A stretch of DNA of 64,000 nt from Candidatus Binatia bacterium (lineage in GTDB: Bacteria; Desulfobacterota; Binatia; UBA9968; JAJDTQ01): positions 3,232,001 through 3,296,000 of the forward strand of contig OY762897.2 of NCBI GenBank assembly GCA_963666515.2, given 5' to 3'. The position numbers were made by a program, and so were the translations under genes. Under the pieces are notes generated by a model. It ran no database searches. It had not been told where the DNA came from and saw nothing but the letters and a program-made list of their open reading frames with translations. Shown here piece after piece: positions 56,888-64,000 of this stretch (within the stretch, counting starts at the first letter, position 1; every line of letters starts with the position of its first letter).

Positions 56888-57930
56888 CGCGGACGCGCCT
56901 GATCAAGCTCGTCACCTTCCTCGGCGGCATCTACTTCTTCCTGGAGTTCGTGCTCCCGGGCACCGTGTTCGGGGTGAAGATCGACGCCTGGCACGACCCG
57001 ATCACCAACGGCTTCATCACCGTCGGCGCCATGGCCGCGGGCCTGGGCCTCATCAACCTGGTGCTGCAGCACGGCTCGAAGATCATCTTCCGGCGCAGGG
57101 AGTGGGTCTACAGCTTCGCCCTGCTCGCCGGCCTGGCGGTCATGATGGTGGTCGCCTACCAGGACTGGGCGGGCACGCGCGCGGTGGCGGAGGAGGTGGC
57201 GCAGATCTCCCGCCTGGCGGACTTCGCGGAGCGCATCCGATCGGACCACGGGAAGCGGACCGAAGGCGTGCTGCCGGCGGCGGAACGCAACCGCAGGCTC
57301 AAGGAGGCCGCGGACCGGCTGCTGGCGCGCATCGAGGCCGCGACGGCCAGCTTCGACCTCGAACGCTTCGGCGCCGGCAGCGCCGACCAGGGGCTGGCGC
57401 GAAACTACCTGGCCGAGGCCGGCGCCGGCGTGGGCGCGGTCCGGGCCGCGGCGGCGACGCTGACGGCAACCGACGGCGCGCCCGTGGACACGGCCGCCAA
57501 CACCGGCACCGCCCGCGCCCTGAGAAGGCTCGCCGAATCCTGGCTCAACCTGCGCAACCTGGAGTACGAGCACTCCACCCCGAAACACGTCTACCACCTG
57601 CTCTTCGAAGGGCTGTTCGTGGCCCTGGGATCGGCCATGTTCTCGCTCCTGGGGTTCTACATCGCTGCCGCGGCCTACCGCGCCTTCCGGGTGCGCTCCG
57701 CCGAGTCCTCGCTGATGATGATCGCCGCGGTGCTGGTGATGCTGGGCCAGATCCCCTTCGGCGTGTGGATCTGGTCGGGCCTGCCGGACGTGCGGCTGTG
57801 GCTCCTGGAGGTGCCCAACTCCGCGGCGTTCCGGGCCATCACCCTGGGCGCCGGCGTGGCCGGGCTGGTGATGGCGTTCCGCATGTGGTTCTCCATCGAA
57901 TCGGAGTCCTTCGACGGAGAGGAACGGTAG
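56884..57930 (+). CDS. Multi-pass membrane protein with a soluble helical insertion
   Basis: Three TM helices, an Ala-rich helical domain of about 130 aa, then three more TMs with SAMFSLLGFYIAAAAYRAFRVRS...LVMLGQIP. Confidence 0.8.
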   Translation: MTRTRLIKLVTFLGGIYFFLEFVLPGTVFGVKIDAWHDPITNGFITVGAMAAGLGLINLVLQHGSKIIFRRREWVYSFALLAGLAVMMVVAYQDWAGTRAVAEEVAQISRLADFAERIRSDHGKRTEGVLPAAERNRRLKEAADRLLARIEAATASFDLERFGAGSADQGLARNYLAEAGAGVGAVRAAAATLTATDGAPVDTAANTGTARALRRLAESWLNLRNLEYEHSTPKHVYHLLFEGLFVALGSAMFSLLGFYIAAAAYRAFRVRSAESSLMMIAAVLVMLGQIPFGVWIWSGLPDVRLWLLEVPNSAAFRAITLGAGVAGLVMAFRMWFSIESESFDGEER

Positions 57931-57931
57931 G

Positions 57932-58915
57932 ATGAATCTCGCACGGCTGGACCGCCGCTGGATCTACCTGCTGGTCTTCCTGGCGTTGAGCGTGCCCATC
58001 CTCACCCAGTACACGGTGCAGCCGGCGCGCATGGACGACGCCGAGCGGTTCTTCGAGGTGGTGGACGGCATCGAGACCGGACCAGGCCGCTACGCCTTCG
58101 TGGCCATGGACTTCGGCCCCAGCACCAAGGGCGAGAACCAGCCCCAGGCTCGTGCGGTGGTGGAGCACCTGATGCGCCGGCGCGTCCCGGTGATCCTGTT
58201 CTCGCTCTACTACCTGGCCGAGCCGTTTCTCAAGTCCGTCCCCGAAGAGGTGGCGCGGCAGCTAGAGCGCGAGCACCCCGGCGAGACCTGGGAATACGGC
58301 CGCGACTGGATCAACCTGGGCTACCGTCCGGGCGCCGGCGTCCTCATCCAGGCGATCCCCAAGTCGGAGAACCTGGCCGAGCTGTTCGGCAAGGACGCCC
58401 GCGGCAACCGCATCTCCGGGCTGCCCGCGTTCAGCGGACTGCGCACGCTGCGCCAGATCGTGTTCCTGGCCGAGTTCACCGGGCTGGTGGGCGTCTTCGA
58501 CAACTACGTCCAGTACTTCACCAGCAAGGACTACACGCCGGCGTTCGGCCACGGCTGCACCTCCATCACCATCCCGGAGGCGTTCATCTACCTCGACTCC
58601 GGGCAGATCCAGGGACTGCTGGGCGGCCTGGCCGGAGCGGCCTGGTACTCCGAGCTGCTGCGGCAACGTTATCCCCGGCGGCCGGCGGACGAATCGCTGA
58701 TGCTCAACACCGGGCTGGGAGTGGCCCAGCTCGTGGTCATCGCCTTCATCGTGCTGGGCAACCTGGCCGGGCTGCTGCGCCGTTCGAGTTCGCGTCCTTC
58801 GACTTCGCTTCGCTACGCTCAGGACGGACGGGGGAAGGGGTCGGAACGGGGGAAGGGTTTCGCACGGAAGGAGTCTGGACGGGGGCAGGGGCCGGGACAG
58901 GACTCGGAGCCATGA
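57932..58915 (+). CDS. Membrane-anchored alpha/beta protein with a repeat-derived C-terminal tail
   Basis: DRRWIYLLV TM, DFGPSTKGENQP, YGRDWINLGY, YLDSGQIQGLLGGLAGAAWY, C-terminal TM VLGNL. Confidence 0.8.
   Translation: MNLARLDRRWIYLLVFLALSVPILTQYTVQPARMDDAERFFEVVDGIETGPGRYAFVAMDFGPSTKGENQPQARAVVEHLMRRRVPVILFSLYYLAEPFLKSVPEEVARQLEREHPGETWEYGRDWINLGYRPGAGVLIQAIPKSENLAELFGKDARGNRISGLPAFSGLRTLRQIVFLAEFTGLVGVFDNYVQYFTSKDYTPAFGHGCTSITIPEAFIYLDSGQIQGLLGGLAGAAWYSELLRQRYPRRPADESLMLNTGLGVAQLVVIAFIVLGNLAGLLRRSSSRPSTSLRYAQDGRGKGSERGKGFARKESGRGQGPGQDSEP
58794..58825 (+). repeat. Palindromic repeat GTCCTTCGACTTCGCTTCGCTACGCTCAGGAC
   Basis: GTCCT/AGGAC stem; a 15-nt piece recurs exactly on the minus strand at 51100-51114. 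Confidence 0.65.
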
Positions 58916-59622
58916 CCGCCCTGGACACTTGGCATACCGCCACGGTTCTCGTGGGCGGCATCGGGACGCTGGCGATCTTCAGCTTCCTGATCCGGGAGAA
59001 CCCGTTCTTCCGCCTGTTCGAGCACCTCTTCATCGGCATCGCCGCCGGCTTCGGGCTGGTCTTCGGCGTCAAGAACTTCCTCTGGCCCAAGGTGCTGGTG
59101 CCGATGCTGGGCCTGGACATCGTGACCTGGCCCGACGGCAGCCTCTCCCACGAGTACGACCCGCGGCTGCTGCTCTACCTTTTCCCCATGGTGTTCGGCC
59201 TCTTCTACTACTTCATCTACTCGCGGCGTCACGCGTGGCTGGCCAAGCTGGTGATCGGCTTCTCCCTGGGCATGAGCGGCGGTCTGGCCTTCAAGGGGTT
59301 CTTCAACCAGATCATGCCCCAGGTGACGAGCAGCTTCCGGCCGCTGGCGGTGTTCGAGGACGGCGCCCTGGCCCTGGGCCCCAGCCTCGAGAACGCGTTC
59401 TTCATCTTCACCCTGCTGGCGGTGATGTACTACTTCTTCTTCTCGTTCCGGCAGGGGAACCCGGCCGCCAGAGGCATCTCCCTCTCCGGCCGCTGGCTCC
59501 TGATGGTGTGCTTCGGCGCCTTCTTCGGCTCCACGGTCATGGCCCGCACCGCGCTCCTGGTGGAGCGGGTGCAGTTCCTGCTCATCGACTGGTACGGGAC
59601 CCTGGCGACCCTCGTCTCATGA
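58912..59622 (+). CDS. Multi-pass membrane protein
   Basis: TLAIFSFLIRENPFFRLFEHLFIG...YFFFS...GRWLLMVCFGAFFGSTVMAR; about six TM helices; ATGA overlaps at both ends. Confidence 0.82.
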   Translation: MTALDTWHTATVLVGGIGTLAIFSFLIRENPFFRLFEHLFIGIAAGFGLVFGVKNFLWPKVLVPMLGLDIVTWPDGSLSHEYDPRLLLYLFPMVFGLFYYFIYSRRHAWLAKLVIGFSLGMSGGLAFKGFFNQIMPQVTSSFRPLAVFEDGALALGPSLENAFFIFTLLAVMYYFFFSFRQGNPAARGISLSGRWLLMVCFGAFFGSTVMARTALLVERVQFLLIDWYGTLATLVS

Positions 59623-61457
59623 ACACCGATCCCGCAACGCTCCGCACCGTGCTGGTCACCGACTGCGGCTCCACCACCACCAAGGCGCTGCTGTTCGAGA
59701 AGACGGACGCCGGCTGGCGCCAGACGCACCGCGGGGAGGCGCCCACCACGGTGGAGCAGCCGGTGGCGGACGTGACGGTGGGGGCGCTGAACGCCTTCGC
59801 CGAGGTGGAGGAGGTGAGCGGCCGGAAGATCCTGGCGGCGGATGCGGCTCCGGGCGGCGCGGCACCGTTTCTCGAAACCGGCGACGACGGCGACCGCGGC
59901 ATCGACCTCTATCTCTCCACCAGCTCCGCCGGCGGCGGATTGCAGATGACCGTGGCGGGGGTGGTGCGGCAGATGAGCGCGGAGTCCGCGGAGCGGGCGG
60001 CGCTGAGCGCCGGGGCCATCGTGATGGACGCCATCTCCGCGGACGACGGCCGCGAGGACCACGAGCGCATCCAGCGGCTGCGCCACCTGCGGCCCGACAT
60101 CGTGCTGCTCACCGGCGGGGTGGACGGCGGCTCCCAGGAACACGTGGTGGAGATGGCCGAGACCCTGGTGGCGGCGGCGCCCCGGCCCCGGTTCGGCGAC
60201 TCGCTGCGGCTGCCGGTCATCTACGCCGGCAACGGCGACGCCACCGACGACGTCCGCGGCATCCTGGAGAAGGCCGCCCAGGTGGCGGTGGTGGACAACG
60301 TGCGCCCGACCCTGGAGGCCGAGAACCTCGGCCCGGCGCGGGAAGCCATCCACGAGTTCTTCCTGACCCACGTCATGAGCCACTCGCCGGGCTACGACAA
60401 GCTGCTGCAATGGACTCCGGCGCCGGTGATGCCCACGCCCGCGGCCGTAGGCGACATGGTGCGCGGCTACGCCGAGGGCAGCGGCAAGCCGCTCCTGTGC
60501 GTGGACATCGGCGGCGCCACCACCGACGTCTTCAGCGTCTTCGAGAACCGGGACGGCGAGCCGGTGTTCAACCGCACGGTGAGCGCCAACCTGGGCATGA
60601 GCTATTCGGTGGCCAACGTGCTGATCGAGGCCGGGGCCGAGTCCATCGGCCGCTGGCTGCCCTACGAGATGGAGGCCGCGGAGCTTCGCGACCGGCTGCG
60701 CAACAAGATGATCCGGCCCACCTCGATCCCCCAGACCCTGGAGGACCTGTGGCTGGAGCAGGCGGTGTGCCGCGAGGCGCTGCGGCTGGCGCTGGCGCAT
60801 CACCGCTCCCTGGCGGTGGGGCTGAGCGGCGTGCAGCAGCAGCGCGGCATCGCCGACATCTTCTCGCAGACCGCCGGCCGCTCGGACCTGGTGGACATGA
60901 TGAGCCTCGACCTGGTCATCGGCTCCGGCGGCGTGCTGAGCCACGCCCCGGACCGCATGGCCGCGGCGCTCATGATCCTGGAGGGTTTCGAGCTTCAGGG
61001 CTTCACCGGGATCGCGGTGGACTCGATCTTCATGATGCCCCACCTGGGCGTGCTGGCGTCGGTGCACCCCGAGGCCGCCCGGGAGATCTTCCTGCACGAC
61101 TGCCTGGTGAACGTGGCCCACGCCGCGGTCCCCGTGTTCAGGCGCCAGCCGCCCGCGGGGTCCGTGGTGGCGGAGGTGTCCGTGGACGGCCGCCCGGCCG
61201 GCACCGTCAAGGCCGGCCGGGTCGGCCGCATCGAGCTGGAGCCCGGTGCCGCCGCCCGCATCGCCGTCAAGCCCATGGCGGGGAACATCGACGTGGGCGC
61301 CGGCGCCGGCGCGACCCTGGAGCGGGACATCACCGCGGGCCTCTGCGGCCTGATCCTCGACGGCCGCGGCCGCCCGCTCCGGGCCCCGGCGTCGCCGGAG
61401 CGGCGGGTCGCGGAGCGCCGGGCCGTCATGGAGGAGTTGGGGCTCGCCGGATCATGA
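59619..61457 (+). CDS. GlmL/MutL (glutamate mutase L)-like ASKHA (actin-fold) ATPase, 612 aa
   Basis: Phosphate-1 VTDCGSTTTK, TSSAGGGL, GGVDGG, IYAGN, MPTP, phosphate-2 VDIGGATTDVFS, adenosine motif IGSGGVLSH. Confidence 0.85.
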   Translation: MNTDPATLRTVLVTDCGSTTTKALLFEKTDAGWRQTHRGEAPTTVEQPVADVTVGALNAFAEVEEVSGRKILAADAAPGGAAPFLETGDDGDRGIDLYLSTSSAGGGLQMTVAGVVRQMSAESAERAALSAGAIVMDAISADDGREDHERIQRLRHLRPDIVLLTGGVDGGSQEHVVEMAETLVAAAPRPRFGDSLRLPVIYAGNGDATDDVRGILEKAAQVAVVDNVRPTLEAENLGPAREAIHEFFLTHVMSHSPGYDKLLQWTPAPVMPTPAAVGDMVRGYAEGSGKPLLCVDIGGATTDVFSVFENRDGEPVFNRTVSANLGMSYSVANVLIEAGAESIGRWLPYEMEAAELRDRLRNKMIRPTSIPQTLEDLWLEQAVCREALRLALAHHRSLAVGLSGVQQQRGIADIFSQTAGRSDLVDMMSLDLVIGSGGVLSHAPDRMAAALMILEGFELQGFTGIAVDSIFMMPHLGVLASVHPEAAREIFLHDCLVNVAHAAVPVFRRQPPAGSVVAEVSVDGRPAGTVKAGRVGRIELEPGAAARIAVKPMAGNIDVGAGAGATLERDITAGLCGLILDGRGRPLRAPASPERRVAERRAVMEELGLAGS

Positions 61458-62575
61458 CCCAGGCGCTCACACCCGGACTCCAGGTGTTGGCCGGCACGGT
61501 GGTGCGGAAGACCCGCGAGCTTCCGGTGCCGGGGCAGACCCTGTGCGAGCGCGGCGACGCCGTGACGCCGCACGCCGTGGTGGCCCGGGCCGAGCTGCCG
61601 GGCGACGTCACCATCATGCGCATCCCCGAAAGCCTCGGCATCGAGCCGTTCGAGGCGCTCAAGGGGCTCAAGGTGGACGAAGGCGACGTGGTGGCCGAGG
61701 GTGACGTGGTGTGCGAGCACGCGGGCCTGTTCGGGCTGTTCCGGTCGCGCCTCCACGCGCCCGTGGACGGCGTCGTGGAGTTCGTCGCCCGGCGCACCGG
61801 CCACGTCGGGCTCCGGCTGGCGCCCCATGCCGTCGAGTTGCGCGCCTACGTGCCCGGCAAGGTGGTGGACGTCGATCCCGGCAAGTCCGTCACCATCGAG
61901 AGCCGCGGGGCGTTCATCCAGGGGATCTTCGGCGTCGGCGGCGAACGCTACGGCACCATCCGCATGCTGGACGGCGGACCCAGGACGGTGGTGGGCACGA
62001 GGAAGATCCCCGCGGACGCGGCCGGCCAGATCCTGGTGGGAGGCACCCGCCCGACCTTCGAAGCGCTGGAACGGGCCGCGGAGGTGGGGGCCGTCGGCAT
62101 GGTGGTGGGCTCCATCGACGACCAAGCCCTCACCGCCTACCTCGGGTATGAACTCGGCATGGCCGTCACCGGCCACGAGGAGGTCCCCCTCACCGTCATC
62201 GTCACCGAGGGCTTCGGCTGGCTGCCCGTGGCCGAGCGCACCCATTCCCTGCTCCGCAGCCTCGAAGGCCGCGCCGCCTCCCTCAACGGCGCTACCCAGG
62301 TGCGCGCCGGCGCGGTGCGCCCGGAGATCATCGTCGCCCGCGACGACGTCGAGCCCGGCGCCGCAAGCGGACGGCAGGGCGCGGAGGCCGGCCTGCGGGT
62401 CGGCGCCGCGGTCCGCATCATCCGGGCGCCCTACTTCGGCGCCACCGCCGAGGTGGTGGCGCTGCCCCCCGAGCCCCGGCGCATCGAGACTGGCGCCCGT
62501 ACCCGGGTCCTGGAAGCCCGGCTGCCGGACGGCGCGGTCGTCACCGTGCCCCGGGCCAACGTCGAGCTGCTGTAG
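61454..62575 (+). CDS. Hypothetical 373-aa protein with barrel-sandwich-hybrid-like repeats and a C-terminal KOW/SH3-like domain
   Basis: ERGDAV, VDEGDVVAEGDVV, APVDGVV, IQGIFGVGGE, VTEGFG, QVRAGAVRPE, LRVGAAVRIIRAPYFG...VPRANVE. Confidence 0.8.
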   Translation: MTQALTPGLQVLAGTVVRKTRELPVPGQTLCERGDAVTPHAVVARAELPGDVTIMRIPESLGIEPFEALKGLKVDEGDVVAEGDVVCEHAGLFGLFRSRLHAPVDGVVEFVARRTGHVGLRLAPHAVELRAYVPGKVVDVDPGKSVTIESRGAFIQGIFGVGGERYGTIRMLDGGPRTVVGTRKIPADAAGQILVGGTRPTFEALERAAEVGAVGMVVGSIDDQALTAYLGYELGMAVTGHEEVPLTVIVTEGFGWLPVAERTHSLLRSLEGRAASLNGATQVRAGAVRPEIIVARDDVEPGAASGRQGAEAGLRVGAAVRIIRAPYFGATAEVVALPPEPRRIETGARTRVLEARLPDGAVVTVPRANVELL

Positions 62576-62600
62576 CTGAAGGAGGCGAACGAAGGAGGGG

Positions 62601-62684
62601 CGCCCGCAGGACCGCGGGTCGGACCCGGGACGCCGAAGGGCGGACCCAACGGCGTCCCGGGTCCGACCCGCGGTCCTGCGGGCG
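62601..62684. repeat. Perfect 35-bp inverted repeat with a 14-nt loop, downstream of the operon
   Basis: Arms 62601-62635 and 62650-62684 are exact reverse complements. Confidence 0.92.
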
Positions 62685-62716
62685 GGGACATTATCGCTTT
62701 GCGCTGACGGACATTG

Positions 62717-62745
62717 TTGCAATGGGGTCTCCCGGCCAGCATACT
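62717..62745 (+). promoter_or_regulatory. Candidate promoter of the yejA-like gene
   Basis: TTGCAA-17 nt-CATACT. Confidence 0.5.
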
Positions 62746-62787
62746 TGTTTTCGGGACGATGGTTTCCGCCTGGGCGAGGGAGGTTCC

Positions 62788-64000
62788 ATGAGATCGAGTT
62801 GGCTATGGGTGTCAGCCTTGTGGGTGCTGGTCCTGGTTGCCGCGCCGGGGCTTGCGGCGTCGAGCGGCGAGGGCGTCACCAGCCACGGCATCGCCATGCA
62901 CGGCGACCTCAAGTACCCGCCGGACTTCAGGCACTTCGATTACGTGAACCCGGAGGCGCCCAGGGGCGGCTCGGTGCGGCTCCAGGCCATCGGCACCTAC
63001 GACAGCTTCAACCCCTTCATCGTCAAGGGCAGTCCGGCCGCGGGCATCGGGCGCATCTACGAGACCCTGATGGCCGGGTCCGCGGACGAGCCCTTCAGCG
63101 AGTACGGCCTGCTGGCAGAGAGCATCACCGTGCCCGAGGACCGCTCCTGGGTGCAGTTCAGGCTGCGGAAGGAGGCGCGCTGGCACGACGGCAAGCCGGT
63201 GACCGCGGACGACGTCGTCTGGACCTTCGAGACCCTGCTGACCAAGGCCGTGCCCTTCTACCGCGGGTACTACGGCGACGTGAAGAAGGTCGAGAAACTC
63301 GACCAGCGGACCGTGCGCTTCACTTTCGCCAGCGGCACCAACCGGGAGCTGCCGCTGATCCTCGGACAACTGGTGGTGCTGCCGAAGCACTACTGGGCCG
63401 GGCGGGACTTCAGCAAGACCACCCTGGAGCCGCCGCTGGGCAGCGGTTCGTACAAGATCGGCGCCTTCGAGCCCGGACGCCACGTGGAATACGAGCGCGT
63501 GGAGGACTACTGGGGTCGGGACCTCCCGGTGAACGTGGGGCGCGACAACTTCGACCGCATCCGGCATGACTACTACCGCGACGGCACGGTGTCGGTGGAG
63601 GCGTTCAAGGCCGGGGAGTACGACTTCCGCTATGAGAACAGCTCCAAGAACTGGGCCACGGCGTACGACTTTCCGGCGCTGAATCAGGGCTTGGTCAAGA
63701 AGGAGGAGATCCCCCACGACCGCTCCACCGGCATGCAGGCGTTCGCCTTCAACACCCGCCGTCCGCTGTTTCGGGACCGGAAGGTGCGGCAGGCGCTGGC
63801 CTACGCGTTCGACTTCGAATGGTCCAACCGGACCCTGTTCTATGGGCAGTACAGGCGCACCCGCAGCTACTTCGACAACTCGGAGCTGGCGGCCACCGGG
63901 CTTCCGGGGCCGGCCGAGCAGGCGATCCTGGCCCCCTACCGCGGGCGGTTGCCGGAGGAGGTCTTCACCAAGGCGTACGAGCCGCCGGCCACCGACGGTT
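62788..64000 (+). CDS. Family 5 ABC transporter substrate-binding protein, YejA-like (runs off the window end)
   Basis: GGAGG RBS; signal peptide, then HGIAMHGDLKYPPDFRHFDYVNPEAPRGG, YGLLAE, ARWHDGKPVTADDV, PLGSGSY, FDFEWSN. Confidence 0.92.
   Translation, partial: MRSSWLWVSALWVLVLVAAPGLAASSGEGVTSHGIAMHGDLKYPPDFRHFDYVNPEAPRGGSVRLQAIGTYDSFNPFIVKGSPAAGIGRIYETLMAGSADEPFSEYGLLAESITVPEDRSWVQFRLRKEARWHDGKPVTADDVVWTFETLLTKAVPFYRGYYGDVKKVEKLDQRTVRFTFASGTNRELPLILGQLVVLPKHYWAGRDFSKTTLEPPLGSGSYKIGAFEPGRHVEYERVEDYWGRDLPVNVGRDNFDRIRHDYYRDGTVSVEAFKAGEYDFRYENSSKNWATAYDFPALNQGLVKKEEIPHDRSTGMQAFAFNTRRPLFRDRKVRQALAYAFDFEWSNRTLFYGQYRRTRSYFDNSELAATGLPGPAEQAILAPYRGRLPEEVFTKAYEPPATDG

Noticed and set aside
58929-59618. 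230-aa N-terminal extension of the GlmL-like ORF (likewise 60410-61453, 31843-32280 and 22051-22530 for other genes)
   Set aside because: Off-frame read-through of the upstream genes; the real starts lie at or just after the upstream stop codons.
62601-62684. Hairpin as a simple Rho-independent terminator
   Set aside because: The stem is far longer than needed, has no U-tract, and shares a conserved core with a second hairpin; it is reported as a repeat family instead.

Overview
High-GC bacterial chromosome segment. The gene order and protein style suggest a 'Deltaproteobacteria'/Binatia-like lineage (inference only). The left third is core translation and proteostasis genes on the minus strand: rlmB, tRNAs, tuf-rpmG-secE-nusG-rplKAJL-rpoB(5' end), rplM-rpsI, tig-clpP-clpX-lon and rph, plus lptFG on the plus strand and 12 tRNA genes in total. 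A small AT-richer defence-like islet follows (SLATT-like 2-TM protein, Pro-rich micro-ORF, and a frameshifted and deleted ABC-ATPase/HNH pair). The middle holds metabolic genes (ALDH, polyprenyl synthase, csp, lipB, ferredoxin, aceE-aceF-lpdA, an lplA-like gene, cysD-cysNC, ilvE) and trmFO-dprA-der-era. The right part has a MoxR/DUF58/triple-vWA membrane locus, greA, oppDF, a P-loop ATPase-nuclease gene and the start of a yejA-like gene. Two candidate undescribed systems stand out. (1) A coupled two-gene cassette at 40033-40664 encodes a small ADP-ribosyltransferase-like protein and a protein whose C-terminus reproduces the EF-Tu domain III signature (possible toxin plus EF-Tu decoy). (2) A translationally coupled seven-gene operon at 55779-62575 joins four membrane proteins to an actin-fold GlmL/MutL-like ATPase with no glutamate mutase nearby. 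Several palindromic repeat families are also present, including GTAG-type REPs whose GTAG supplies the stop codon of housekeeping genes. No CRISPR array, rRNA, integrase or transposase was seen. All family assignments are by eye from motifs and were not database-verified.
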